A stretch of DNA of 64,000 nucleotides from Octopus vulgaris (GCA_951406725.2 OX597835.1:38564001-38628000); one strand, 5' to 3'. Shown: positions 42,183 to 56,960, counted from the stretch's first letter. Numbers and translations are program-made. The notes: generated by a model not told the origin, from the sequence alone.

Positions 42183-42563
42183 GGCGCAGGAGTGGCTGTG
42201 TGGTAAGTAGCTTGCTTACCAACCACATGGTTCCGGGTTCAGTCCCAGTGCGTGGCACTTTGGGCAAGTGTCTTCTACTATAGCCTCGGGCCGACAGAAG
42301 CCTTGTGAGTGGATTTGGCAGACGGAAACTGAAAGAAGCCCGTCGTATATATGTATCAGTCGCCATGATAGATCGTTAACCACTACACACATTTTTTCTC
42401 TCCTTGTTTCTCTCCTTGTTTTTTTTCTGTGTCCCTTTCTGTAGAAGAGCGTAGGCTCGAAACGTAAAAGACTTTTTTCTATTTCTGAGCGTTATACTAA
42501 TACATCTGTTTGTTTTGTACACCACCTGTCTTCGTCTTTTGTTTTTTTCGTAAACTCTCCCTG

Positions 42564-42622
<59 letters not shown>

Positions 42623-42822
42623 ATGTATTTGTGTTTGTCCCCACAACATCGCTTGATAACCGATGCTGGTGTGTTTACGTCCCCGTAACTTAGCGGTTCG
42701 GCAAAAGAGACCGATAGAATAAGTGCTAGGCTTACAAAGAATAAGTCCTCGGGTCGATTTGCTCGACTAAAGGCGGTACTCCAGCATGCCACAGTCAAAT
42801 GACTGAAACAAGTAAAAGAGTA
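42183..42822 (+). mobile_element. SINE A interrupted in its internal (TA)n by a hammerhead-bearing element
   Basis: Head at 42183-42350, 3' half at 42565-42822. Confidence 0.9.
42372..42562 (+). mobile_element. ~190-bp non-coding element with variant hammerhead motif (copy 1)
   Basis: Near-identical to 56673-56845 and to the reverse complement of 57292-57470. Motif CTTT-CTGTAGAA-GAGC-GTAG-GCTC-GAAAC-GTA-AAAG at 42435-42470. Confidence 0.8.
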
Positions 42823-43814
42823 AGATTCGACCGCAAAACGCAGAAGACTGAAATGAAATCCTCTCTCTCTATAACAATTCTACCAATCCTTAACCTTCTG
42901 TTCACCAGAGATAGATATATATCCATTTCTAAATCAGTTTTAAGATTATGGATTTTGAATGTATTTAGTTTATTTTTCATTAATCCTACTTAAGCTTTTT
43001 CAGTAGTCTTAACTTCCAATATAATATATTAAAACAGCAGCTTAACATTGGGATAACTAACATCGTATTTCTTGCACTGTGTACAATGTTGTTGTTTTTT
43101 GTTTGTTTCGTGTTGTTGTTTAGACATTTCTGTATCAGTTTGAACTACTCTAATGTGCATGTATTGGTGGATTATATCTTAATTCTCGGATTTCTGTGAC
43201 TAAACTAAAATTAATATTTTGAGCTTTTATTCAACTCCATCTTTTGATAGTGCCTTTGGCATTACACGTTTTAATAAACATCCACAGAGTCCAATGTACT
43301 GTTTTAAATAATATCTGCCTCAGTTGGCCGCCGATTCTTCAAAATAGTTTTCGAAGTTTTCAATTACCCATAGCAATTATCATAATTGCTACTGCTCCCG
43401 TGTGGTCAAAAATAAACACAGTGTTTATTAGAAAGAATATTGGTGATTTTCTATGGGGGATTTTTCAACAGGAAATTCAAATAAACACTCTCGGTGTTCA
43501 TTTTAGAATACATACACTCATATATTACAATTTTGTTTATATACCTATACGGTGGCTATCGGCTCATAGGCGTATGACCATCACTAACAAATGATCATAT
43601 CCTAAACGGTATAGAAGATGGCTGCCAGCTATGTCCGTACAGAAATTTAAAGTGAATAACATCTGGTACAACACCGCTAAGACTCACTTACAAAACCAAG
43701 CAGTCCAGACATAAACAAGAGAAAGATCTTCAGCTTCGCAATGAGGCCGGTGTTATTTCAGAATTTCCTTCGTCTGGAGAGATGTCGAAATAAAGACTAG
43801 CCGTTTCTCACTAT

Positions 43815-44501
<687 letters not shown>

Positions 44502-44887
44502 CTCGAGAACCGACACAATAAGGACCAGTGTCTAAAAGAAAACATTTTATTTCTATACCAGACTAAATTATCGACAAATAATTTTTCTTCGTATTTTTTT
44601 TTTAACTTCAGATGTTATGTTGTTAATCATCTTTGCTTTCCCCAAACCCACACAAAAAATGTAGTACAATTATGACAGCTTCGTGTGAAAGACCTTACGA
44701 GGTTTCCTCCAACTATTTATGCTCCAAGTTCAAGTCTTGCTGTGATGAACACTTTTTAACTTTTAATCTTCCGCAGTCGACAGTAACAGTACCAGTCAAG
44801 TGCTGAGATCGATGAAATGAATTAACCTTCTCCTCCCTATAAAATTTCCGTCTGTCTGCCAATGTTCGAAACATTTGAAGATCGCTC

Positions 44888-45110
44888 CGTCGCCCTCCTT
44901 CAATAAAATTGGGAAGGCAACTTTCCTCTGACTGGTAGCCTTAGCCAAAGAAGTTGTGTGATGAATGAGCATGAAAAGATTGAGGACAGATATTTTCCTC
45001 TTTGGTCAAGCCCTTATCGATTTGTTTTTTCAAGTTCCATTCAGAAAAGAAGTGTGGAGAGGATAGTGCTCTTCTCAAGTGAACTTATCAAAGGGTCATT
45101 GACTTCGATC
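44888..45110 (+). mobile_element. Probable L1/Tx1-type LINE ORF2 C-terminal remnant
   Basis: FL*LVALAKEVV**MSMKRLRTDIFLFGQALIDLFFKFH. TGA TGA probably derives from TGG TGG, which would give the AKxxxW motif of L1/Tx1 C-termini. Confidence 0.5.
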
Positions 45111-45270
45111 ACGATAGAATCAATAGAACTAGACTGAATATACACATGTATATCGGAAAAAAGTTGAGAGTGGGCGGAAACGTGCGAATAGGGGAGAAAA
45201 TGATCTTGAATTTGTGGGGTTTCTTGATTAGAAACTTTCCTGTATCAAGATGACTATATCATTCATGTGT

Positions 45271-45584
45271 GGAGACGCAATGGCCCAGCGGTTAGGGCAG
45301 CGGACTCGCGGTCGTAGGATCGTGGTTTCGATTTCCAGATCGGGCGTTGTGAGTGTTTATTGAGCCAAAACACCTAAAGCTCCACGAGTCTCCGGCAGAG
45401 GATGGTGGTGATCCCTGCTGTACTCTTTCGCCACAACTTTCTCTCACTCTTTCTTCTGTTGGCCTGCTGCTCGCTTAGCCAGCGGGGTGGCGTCATTTGA
45501 AGGCTAAAACAATGCGAAGCGCATTGTGACCAGCGATGTGTAGCAACATCTGATAGCCTGATTGGTCACGATGATCACGGTGAT
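45271..45584 (+). mobile_element. SINE C, full length with TSD
   Basis: tRNA-like head; tail GGTCACGATGATCACGGTGAT; TSD ATATCATTCATGT at 45256-45268 and 45583-45595. Confidence 0.92.
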
Positions 45585-45759
45585 ATCATTCATGTATTCA
45601 CTTTAGCTTAGCTTTTTCCTCAGCCTGTTTTATGTAAATCCCACTCTATCCCTCACATACACACGCTTTCCAATCTATCTTTCGAGAGGCCCCTTACGTT
45701 CGACGCACCAATGGCAAATAAAAGAAAGCACCATCCTAATTATACTACAATAATAATTA

Positions 45760-46135
45760 GGTGATGAGCTGGCAAAATCGTTATATTATCTGAATCAATC
45801 CTTTTTCGTTATACATGTCAACACTTTACGCTCTGAGATAAACCCTGCCCATACCAGTCTAGTTCCGGAGTCGATGTAACCGACTGGTCCTCTCCCTAAA
45901 ACTGCAAACAAACCTTGAAATCATTGATAGGGGGTTGGGCTAGCAGAGTCATTAGCACGTCGGAGGCAATGTTTAGTGGCACTTCAACCAGCTCTTTATG
46001 TTCTGTGTTCAAATCCCGCTGGAGTCAATTTTGATTTCCAGCTTTTCGGTGTCGATAAATAACGTACCAATCAGGTACTAGGGTCAATGTTAGCAACAAA
46101 CCTCCCCGTGCAAAATGTCTGACTTTATGCCTAGA
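45760..46135 (+). mobile_element. Old degenerate SINE B-related copies
   Basis: GGTGATGAGCTGGCAAAATCGTTA; TTCTGTGTTCAAATCCCGC...GTCGATAAATAACGTACCA. Similar remnants at 44700-44870 and 46520-46730. Confidence 0.6.
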
Positions 46136-46164
46136 TTAATAGATTAAAACGCATTAGCTGTCGC

Positions 46165-46482
46165 TTCGTCGGTTACAACAACGAGGGTTCCAGTTGATCC
46201 ACTCAACGGAACAGCCTGCTCGCAAAATTAATGTGTAAACGGCTGAGCACTCCACAGACACGTGTACCCTTAATGTAGTTCTCAGGAAGATTCCGTATGA
46301 CTCAGAGTGTGACAAAGGTGGCCCTTTGAAAAACAGGTACTACTCATTTTTTTCCAGCTGAATGGAATGGAACAATATTTAATAAAATGTCTTGCTCATG
46401 GACTCAACGCGTCGCTGGGAATTGAACCCACGACGTTACGATCGTGAGCAGAATGCCCTAACCACTTAGCCACGCACCTCCA
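46165..46482 (-). mobile_element. SINE D, full length
   Basis: Sense GGAGGTGCGTGGCTAAGTGGTTAGGG (A box)...GGGTTCAATTCCC (B box)...GAGCAAGACA. Confidence 0.88.
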
Positions 46483-46779
46483 CTAAACCCCGTTATTATT
46501 ATTATTGATATAACATTAAAGTGGTGAGCAAGCAGAATCGGTAGAACATCTAACAAATTGCCTAGCGGTATGTGTTCCGGATCTTTACGTTCTGTGTTCA
46601 AATCCCGCCTGGGTGGGGTCGGAGTCAAGATGTCCTTTCGGCCATTCAGAGTCGATAAAAAAAACCCCACTAGTCAAGGGGTCGATGACATCGATAAACT
46701 TGATCCCACGATTCAAGACCTATGCCTCAATGCCTTGAAAGGAGCATTACTATAATTATTCACTTCAATCATCATCGCT

Positions 46780-46904
46780 ACTGTGTCATCATCACCATTA
46801 TAATTATCATCATCATCATCCCCATCATCAAAATCATCATCATCATCATCATCGTCATCATCATCATCATCCCCATCATCAAAATCATCATCATCATCAT
46901 CATC

Positions 46905-46992
<88 letters not shown>

Positions 46993-47039
46993 TCATCATC
47001 ATCATCATCGTCATCATCATCATCATCGTCATCATCATC

Positions 47040-47091
<52 letters not shown>

Positions 47092-47343
47092 GTGGTATGC
47101 ACGATATTATAGCCATTTTCCTCATCGCCATCACCGTTATACTGCTCCTCCTTCACGTGATAGAGAAGATGATGGCGACGACGACGACGACGACTATGGT
47201 AATGATGATGATGATGATGATAATCTGCAATTTTATAGGGCTTGAGGGAAGAAAACGAGAGAGATGCAAATAGGAGTAAGCAATAGAAAGGAAGGAAAAT
47301 TAAGAGAAAGAGAAAGAGAGAGAGAGAAAGAGAGAAAGAGAGT

Positions 47344-47407
<64 letters not shown>

Positions 47408-47480
47408 AAGAGAGAAAGAGAGAAAGAGTAGAAGTGATGTGAAGAACAGCAGCAATGGTGCAGCAGCAGCAGCAGCAACG
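46780..47480. repeat. (CAT)n, (GAC)n, (GAT)n, (GA)n and (CAG)n repeats
   Basis: Directly visible. Confidence 0.95.
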
Positions 47481-47737
47481 GCAGCAGCAAACGATGCTAA
47501 GAAACACTTGGTTACAGGATGAGGAAGATGAGAAGGACATGGGGGGGAGGAGGAGATGAAAGTAAGCGGTGAAGAAGGAATAGGGAGAAGGCGGGGGGAT
47601 GGGGCAAGAGGAGGAAAAGCAAAGAAGAGACGAAGGGATCTAAAACCAAAAACAATAAAAAAAAGAACAAAAACAAAAACAAAGTAAACAAGCTAAATAT
47701 AACGACGAGAGTTGATTCATGAATCGGTTGGAAGAAG

Positions 47738-47900
47738 GGTGGGGGCGGGGCGGAGCGGGGCGGAGGAGGAGGAGGAGGAGGAGGAACGGCAGGAAGTGGT
47801 TCTGTGTGTGAAGAATATATAAATAGGAGAGAGCTAAATCTGAGCAGGAAGACGCAAGAATTGAATGGAATGGCATGTAGGAGATGTAATCACGTGGGCT
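47738..47900 (+). promoter_or_regulatory. Candidate Pol II promoter (GC boxes, ETS site, TATA, E-box)
   Basis: Three GGGCGG boxes at 47742-47765, CAGGAAGT at 47790-47797, TATATAAAT at 47816-47824 and CACGTG at 47891-47896. Confidence 0.35.
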
Positions 47901-48271
47901 AAAACCGATTCCAAAAAAACGTAGGTTGACGATGGTGGTGGTGGTGGTGGTGGTGGTGGTGGTGGGAGGGAAGGACGGATAGAAGGGAAGTGTGTGTGGG
48001 GGGCGGAGAAAGGGTGGAGAAGAAGAAGAAGAAGAAGAAGAAGAAGAAGAAGAAGAAGAAGAGAAGAAGAAGAAGAAGAAGAAGAAGAAGAAGCGATGCT
48101 GTAATTAGATGTGCATGGGCGCTGCCAATTGCAATGGGTCTAAACACATTACGAAGAATACATAAATACATACACAGACATTCACACATACACACACACA
48201 CACACGCGCACGTACACACACATATACACACACACACATATACACACACACTCGCCCACTCGTATACTTAC

Positions 48272-48318
<47 letters not shown>

Positions 48319-48491
48319 ATCCTGGCACAAATATATACACACAGCCATATACATATATATAGATGCATAATTATATATGCGTTAAACGTATGTGTGAAAG
48401 AGAGTATTTGCGTACGTGCAAGTGTGTGTGTGTGTATAACTGCAGTTGTATACATATTTGTTGTGTATAAACATATACATTGGTACATACA

Positions 48492-48529
<38 letters not shown>

Positions 48530-48536
48530 TACATAC

Positions 48537-48578
<42 letters not shown>

Positions 48579-48594
48579 GTGTATATATATATAC

Positions 48595-48640
<46 letters not shown>

Positions 48641-48737
48641 TTATAAATGTATGTTTTGTTAAACGCTGACAGTATTTTAGTATGTGTCAATGTACTTCTA
48701 CTTATTTCTTTCCCCTTAGAGAACTTCCTTCATGATA

Positions 48738-48774
<37 letters not shown>

Positions 48775-49562
48775 TAATGTACTCACACACACACACACAC
48801 ACATCCCTGCCGTGATAAATATATTATTCATAAATACGCTATTTATATACTCACTAATCATCCGCTATTTATAAACACGCCGTTACACCGTTTAAAAATA
48901 CATTTATTTTGAAACACCGTGTCATGTTCAAGTTTACCTTACTATAACAAAACTCGTAGTAACAACTATCCCGCCATCTTTTTTTTGTTTTTCAGTGTTC
49001 AACTATACCTTTGCTAAAATAATTGGCTATCCGTTGATTTCGGCGATGAATTGATGTTCCGGTTATTCCTTCAACGGCCTTTCCTATTCAGTGAATAAGT
49101 ATGTAAATGGCTGAGTTTCCTCGCGAATATTCTTGTCCTTAAACTAATCCACGGACATGACAAAGACTACACATTTGAATGGCTGCTACAAACTTTCGAA
49201 CGGGCGTCCACGCAATTTTCCTTCGACTGATTTCCGGTCAGGCAGTTTGGGTCAACCGGAAGCTACGGAAAAAGGAAGACTTTTTTTTTCCGTAGAGAGC
49301 ATACATTGGTGAATTACGTAACCATTTGGTGGTGTTGCATATACATATACATACATACATACATACATGAAATTTGTGAAATTTGATTTAGTATTTCTCA
49401 ATTGAATTTTCCCCTATAAATTTGGAATAATATTGCCTCATATTATATATATATGATCCAGGGATCGAGATGTAGAAAGAAAGTAAACTTCAAGTAATCC
49501 GTTGTAAATATAAAAAACAACTTTCAGGGACAATAATGGTTTATTGAGACAGAAGGTTATGT

Positions 49563-49599
<37 letters not shown>

Positions 49600-50304
49600 T
49601 ACAAACACATACATTCACGCATACACATAAACCCATACACACACACACACAAAAACTCAAACACAACAGACATATACACAATGGCTGTAGCTTGATTTCA
49701 AGCAATGTCAACGCTTGTCTTTTCTTTTAGAATAACAGATCCAGACTTTTTTTTATAGATGCAGCAACCATGGGCACCTCTTGCAGGAGGCGCTGAGAGG
49801 GTTTTAACATCTATACTAATGTGTGCCTTCATTATATCGTGTATATTATTCTTTGATGGATTTGCCCTAATGCTCAATATATTTCAGAGAGGTTAAAAGT
49901 CAAATGATACCTGTGTCTGAAGTTTTTTAAAGTGAGGAAAGGGCTTTTACAGGTCAAATGCTACTCTCTGCACAAGAGTGTGCATTTGCTCCGAAAGAAA
50001 AAGGGAGTGTAGGTCATTGAAATGCAAACGAAGCCGCGGGTGTTACATCATAGTTTTCATTCATCTAGAGAATTGTCTGAACAGGGACTAAGGATCTCTC
50101 ACTCCCAGACGTTAGATAACTGTTGATTTCACTGGGTTCATCCCTCCATTGACGGCTTTTGACTTTTCATATTACTGGGTGTCCAACGGATACCGCCCTC
50201 GATTTGAATCTTGCTCGGGTAGGGTTACCAGTTAATCGATGACAGCCTGTCCATGTGAGATGTTTTACTGACGTATCTGTGTGCGTGTATGTATATCTCT
50301 GTGC

Positions 50305-50337
<33 letters not shown>

Positions 50338-50341
<4 letters not shown>

Positions 50342-50580
50342 CTTGATCACCTTGACCGACCAGTCCGTCAGGCGTCCATTTGACACTGCTGGTCACAGCA
50401 CGCTGTCCACTCCTCTCTGGATCGCGCCTTTCTCATCCACGTAATCCCAATCGTCCTCCTGAAATCGTAACTCCACCGTCGTGGAGGTCTTCCTGGTGGT
50501 CTTTTCCGCTCGCGCAGGTACCACTTAACAACTGCGTGGGTCCACCGATTATCGGTGAGCCGGGCGACGTGTCCAGTCTA
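50338..50580 (-). mobile_element. RTE-clade LINE 3' end
   Basis: GHVARLTDNRWTHAVVKWYLRERKRPPGRPPRRWSYDF...CCDQQCQMDA*; tail (CAAGGTGAT)2; inserted at (TA)n. Confidence 0.88.
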
Positions 50581-50601
50581 TCAATACTTGCTGCAAGTAT
50601 C

Positions 50602-50777
50602 TCTTTTACTTGTTTCCGTCATTTGACTGTGGCCATGCTGGAGCACCGCCTTTAATCCAGCAACTCGACCCCGAGGCTATAGTAGAAGGCACTTGCCCAA
50701 GGTGCCACGCTGTCTGACTGAACCCGGAACCATGTGGTTGGTAAACAAGCTACTTACCACACAGCCACTCCTGCGCC
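50602..50777 (-). mobile_element. SINE A with internal deletion
   Basis: Head joined directly to the tail at CCCCGAGG. Confidence 0.85.
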
Positions 50778-50854
50778 TATACATACATACACACTCACAA
50801 TCTGTAAATCTACCTATCTATATTTATGTATGTATGTATGTACATGTGTAAATA

Positions 50855-50950
<96 letters not shown>

Positions 50951-51391
50951 CATGTATGTATGTAAGTATGTATGTATGTGTGTGTGTATGTATGTATGTA
51001 TGTATGTATGTCAATTCTCAAGCTCTGAGTTTCTCAGTTCTACAAATCGCTTGTCGTCCCTAGCCGACCAAAAGTGGAAGAAATTAACGAAGAAAGAAAC
51101 GGAAAGAAGAAGAAAATGGAGGGGAAAAAAGACGAGAAGAAATAAAACAGGAAATAACAAAGAAAGTAAGAAAGAAAGGAAAGTTATATACGAACATAAA
51201 ACGTCCATTTGCTTTATTCAATCGCAGGCTTCCATACTGAATGTTCGAAGTCTTCCATCGACCTTTTGCAAAGAGTTTCTCCATTGTCCTCGTTAAATTT
51301 GTTTTCTATTGAGACACTATTTCTGCTGTACATCAGATTTGATTTTGGAAGAGACTATTATGGAAGCCCGATGGTACATACATACATATAC

Positions 51392-51462
<71 letters not shown>

Positions 51463-51568
51463 TACACACATATATATATAGAGAGAGAGAGGGACAGACA
51501 GACAGATAGAATAGATAGACCGATAGATACACACATATATATACAGATATATTTATATACACATAGAC

Positions 51569-51618
<50 letters not shown>

Positions 51619-51627
51619 GTATCTATT

Positions 51628-51675
<48 letters not shown>

Positions 51676-52559
51676 GGTGTGCATATTGGTCGTATCATTT
51701 GATTAAGCTGTAGCTGTCCAAAAATCTTTATGCAACTATAGAAATAGTTTTGTGCTTCTAAGGACGTGTGAACGAAGGTTTTAGTATGCAACAACAACAA
51801 CAACAACAGCAGCAGCAAGAACAACAATAACAAAAGATGAAGAATCAAAAGCAACATTGTGCCAACAATTCAACTCTCCTTTTCACTTTCTTCCGTATGT
51901 GAGTTGCTACGTTAGAATAAGAAGACGATTCGTAGTTGCCGATAACTGTTGATGTTGTTGTTCATGATGATGATTATGATGATGATGATGCTGCTGTTGT
52001 TGTTTTAGCTGTTGTTTTTGTCTGCTCTCAGGCCAGCACCGATCGAGCAGAACACTGACCAAACGGCTTCCTCATCACTCCATGTTGTGGTTTTTAGCTA
52101 CCTACAGTCCTCTCCACTCTTCTCCATTCTGGATTGGATTTTTTACTTCTCCCCCATTGGATCGTTACTTTTTCAGCTCTTCCTCAATATCTGGCCCCCA
52201 CCCAGTCGTTTTTCAGAGCGTCCTTTTTACCTCGAGGATCCCAGGGCAGGGTCTAACATGTTATACAAATTTTATTCTCACTTGTCGCGAACTATAGAAA
52301 ATGTTTCCTTTTGGATTTTGCTGTACTTCGCCATGTTTCCCTGAAGGAGGGTCTTCTCCTCTCTGTTCTTGTTGGGGGGACATTCCTCGAGTTAAAAAGG
52401 AACAATTTGCGAGACCACTGGGCTATTGACCCTTCTAAACTGCGTACGAGGGTTCGAATGATTACACATGTTTTACATCCAGTGCGCAAAATCAAGTAGT
52501 GTGTACACAATTTATGCGTGCACAGAAGGTTAATTCACACATAATATATTCTTTTTTAT

Positions 52560-52945
52560 TCTAGGCAAGAGGTCTGAAATTTTGAGGGAGGGGCCAGTCG
52601 ATTAGATCGACGCCAGTACGCAACTGGTACTTAATCTATCGACCCCGAAAGGATGAAAGGCAAAGTCAACCACGGCGGAATTTGAACTCAGAACGTAAAG
52701 ACAGACGACATACCTATTTCTTTACTACCCACAAGGGGCTAAATACAGAGAGGACAAATAAGGACAGACAAACGGATTAAATCGATTATATCAACCCCAG
52801 TGCGAAACTGGTACTTATTTAATCGACCCCGAAAGGATGAAAGGCAAAGTCGACCTCGGCGGAATTTGAACTCAGAATGTAACGGCAGACAAATACGGCT
52901 ACGCATTTCGTCCGGCGTGGTAACGTTTCTGCCAGCTCGCCGCCT
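52560..52945 (-). mobile_element. Dimeric SINE B with two different tails
   Basis: Head-body-tail1-body-tail2 organisation. Confidence 0.9.
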
Positions 52946-54507
52946 TATATTGCATAATGAATACCGAGATAGAATTTCTCTGAAAAAAAGAAATGAATTA
53001 AATATAAAATAACCCAGACGATTTGGCAGTTGAAATGTCTGATCTTAGGATTACTGTGTCTGGCCGACGTAGAGCGACACGACAAAAATGGAGGACATTG
53101 CGATATAATGTAGTTCTGTGAACTGCATCTCTGAGAAGAACGACAGACACGTCGCAGCTGGAATACTTTTGATCGTAGCTGCCCTCGAACTAAATAATAG
53201 GATCTAGATCAAAAACGAAAGACACAGAGATAGACAACGTCTGAAATTAAAGTGGCATAGTCATATATGGAACGCTTTTGATCACGAGCTTCCTTGATCT
53301 GGAATGCCTCGGAGCTAAACAACTGCAACAATAACATGAAGGGAAACATTTTGGATAATTTAGTTTTTAGACAGAATATGATTGGAAGATGACAAGTCTG
53401 TGGATACAACGTATATTTGTGTATGTGTGTGTGTGCGCGCGCGTGTGAGTTTCTGTGTAGATATATATAGATATATATACATATATATATAGATACATAT
53501 TTACACATAAACATGCATAAAATCATTTATGCGTACATTTACATACATACATGCACACACACACACATATACATATATATATATATACAGAGAGAAGAAG
53601 AGAGATATATGTATATACATGTATATATACATGCATATATATATATATATATATACATGTATATACATACATATCTATCTATGTATCTATCTTCGCATCT
53701 ATCTATCTATTTATATATGTATGTATGTGTATGTTTGTATGTATATGTATATGTATGTATATATATGTGTATATATATATATGCGCATATATGTACATAT
53801 ATATATATGTATTTCTATCTATCTATATGAGCAAAAGATGGGATGGTCACGGCTGAAATAATTTTGATCATATATCTGCTGGATCAAAGCTATTCTGAAA
53901 CCAGGAAAAAAACGAAAGAAAGAAAAGAAGGAATACAAAACGCAACATCGAGGAAGAACACATAAGATAATGTAGTCTTAGATACACAATGGCTTAAAAG
54001 AGAAAAAATAGAGACAGGATGGTTACGGATGGAACATCTTTGATTGCAAGCATATTTAGAGTCGAACCGGCATAACAACGCAACAGCAGCATCAACAAGA
54101 AGAAGAACAACAGTAGCAATGAGAGGAACAATCGCAACAATAGCAACAGTAGCAGCAGCAGCAGCAGTAGTGGGAAAATTAGCGACAATAACAACAATTG
54201 AAAGAGAAATTCTTTGATGTTCTTGCATTGGCCAATCCAGTCTTTGGCGCAGTTTCACCATGAAGAGTAATTGAAGACCATCGGCAGCTTGAATTCCTCT
54301 TCCGTTGTATCTTCTCCCGCCTCAGTTTGTTTCACAGCCTGGTGATTAACTGCCGCATTCACTGACAAAGCCGCGGACTCCACGAACAGCATGTAATACG
54401 AGCATCACGCTTCGATGCACAAAACTTTAAAATAGCAGCCATTTTTACAAACTGCAAATAATGGAAACGAAGAAATTATTAGCATTCACAGACCCTAAAA
54501 ACAGACC

Positions 54508-54708
54508 TCACCACCACCACCACCACCACCACCACCACCACCACCACCACCACCACCACCACCACCACCACCACCACCACCACCACCACCACCACCAGCA
54601 CTACCAGCACTACCACCACCACCACCACCACCACCACCACCACCACCACCACCACCACCACCACCACCACCACCACCACCACCTGCACTACCACCACCAT
54701 CACCACTA
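54508..54708. repeat. (CAC)n microsatellite
   Basis: Directly visible. Confidence 0.95.
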
Positions 54709-54920
54709 GCAGAGAAACAAATAGAAATTGCGAACTATAAAATGCGAAATGTTAAGTCGTAAAAGTATGTTGATTTATTAGCAGGAAATAAATAAAAGAA
54801 TAAAAAAAAAATTACGGATCAAATTATTATATAAATATATAAATAAATTACAAGTTGGACATTTTCTGGAAGTGTGTTATAAATATACTTATGCGTGTGG
54901 GTATGTGTGCATGCGCTTGC

Positions 54921-54973
<53 letters not shown>

Positions 54974-55044
54974 CATATATGTGACCTACACATATCAAGT
55001 AGAGACCTTTGCTCAAGGTGTGAAAATATATTTTATAAATATAT

Positions 55045-55252
55045 ATTTCTTTATTGCCCACAAGGGGCTGAACATAGAGGGGACAAACAAGGACAGACAA
55101 AGGGACTAAGTCGATTACATCGACCCCAGTGCGAAACTGGTACTTTATTTATCGATCCCGAAAGGATGAAAGGCAAAGTCGACCTCGGCGGAATTTGAAC
55201 ACACAGCGTAACGGCAGGCGAAATAACGCTCTCACATGTCTAGCAGCTCGCC
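55045..55252 (-). mobile_element. SINE B
   Basis: Family B consensus. Confidence 0.9.
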
Positions 55253-55332
55253 GTAACATGGCAATGGGGTAAAGAAGTCATGTGTGTGTGTGTGTGTGCG
55301 TGCGTGTGTGTGTGTGCATGTGTACGTGTGTC

Positions 55333-55585
55333 CAAACACTGTCGAAGATGTTCACGAAAGTTGTCCATAACTCGACGTCTCATTTCATGTGGAATGGCAG
55401 CAGTTTTTAGACGAATGGTATCTTTTAAAATTGCTCAATAGATCGAGGGCGATGAGTGTATGCCTCTGATTTCAAGTGTCTCTACAGATGAAAATCGCAC
55501 GGGTTCAAATCAGGTGACCGGGCGGGGTAACCGATGTCACCGCACACTGCGATCAAATGACCGAGGAACATCTCCCTCAAAAGGG
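55333..55585 (-). mobile_element. Tc1/Tc3-like transposase C-terminal remnant
   Basis: LLREMFLGHLIAVCGDIGYPARSPDLNPCDFHL*RHLKSEAY...RRVMDNFREHLRQCL. Confidence 0.85.
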
Positions 55586-56344
55586 CGTCAAATGAAGTCC
55601 AAGGTCAAGACGATGCTGATTTGTTTCATCGATGCGAAAGGAATTTTCCACACAGAATTTGTTCCTCCAGGTCAAACGGTTAACCAGGCATTTTACTTGA
55701 CAGTTCTGAAGCGTTTGCGAGAGGCGATGAGAAGAAAACGCTAAGACCTGTAGCAAAGTGGAGACTGGTGGTTTCATCAGGACAATGCGCCTGCGCACAC
55801 CGCCTTGAGTGTGAGACAGTTTTTGACCAAAACTTGCATGACCACACTTACCCACTCTTGACTTTTTTTTGTTCCCCCGAATGAAAAATGTTTATAAAAG
55901 TAAATGTTTTGCAGATGTGAAAGAGGTGAAGAAAAATAAAACGACGGAGGCGTTAAAAGGCATCACTTCGCAAGATTTCCAGAATTGGTTCCAACAGTGG
56001 AAAATGTGTCTGGACAGATGCATTGCTTCAAATGGAGAATTCTTTGAAGGCGATAAAAGTGTCAACATGTAAAACTAAGTAAATAAATTTCGTTTTGGGA
56101 TTTGGTTTGCAAGATTCTTTATATGAGTTCGTGTGTTGAAGCATATTCTGAGTCAAGACTATTGAAAAGGTTGTAAGACGCAACGAAAATTTTAGAAAAT
56201 AAAAATAAGAAATAAGTGGAAATTTTACCGGTGAGTGTGTTAAAGTATAAGGCACTAAAAGAGAATGACTCTCCCCAGACACAACAGAATAAGTAAATAA
56301 AATCATATTGCAAAATTCCGGTTTCTTTGGGGTACCTTCTCGTA
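55580..56344 (+). mobile_element. Mariner transposase C-terminal half with 3' TIR
   Basis: KSKVKTMLICFIDAKGIFHTEFVPPGQTVNQAFY...FHQDNAPAHT...DFFLFPRMK...RCIASNGEFFEGD; TIR-like end ...GGGGTACCTTCTCG|TA. Confidence 0.9.
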
Positions 56345-56672
56345 TGTATGTGTGTCTTTGCGAATATGTGTGTCTGAGTGTTCCACCGTTGAATTCGACG
56401 AACATCATAGGATTGCTCGATCAACTGAGCAAGCAACTAATTTCATTATTGTGTAAGTGTCTGAGTATTCCATAAACAATTGACTGACATTTTTAACATA
56501 ATCTCCTGGCTGTTTCACTGTGAGACGCTATATGACAATCTGTACCTTTCAGTTCCGGCTACACTCCACCCGCTGGGCATCCAAGTAGTTTCCATCTGCC
56601 CAGAATTTCTCACGTGAAGCACGTCAACTCGACGATGTAGTGAAGACACTTGCCTAAGACACAACAAAAACG

Positions 56673-56960
<288 letters not shown>

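Noticed and set aside
45271-45345. tRNA-like sequences at the heads of SINE A, C and D
   Set aside because: A/B boxes are present but there is no complete cloverleaf, and each continues into a repeated SINE body. They are not tRNA genes.
53209-53330. Minus-strand exon candidate after TTGTTGCAG
   Set aside because: The sequence resembles degenerate repeat tails also seen near 52015-52090 and 39250-39310.
54250-54451. In-frame TGA (CIEA*CSYY) as possible selenocysteine
   Set aside because: No recognisable selenoprotein motif or SECIS element.
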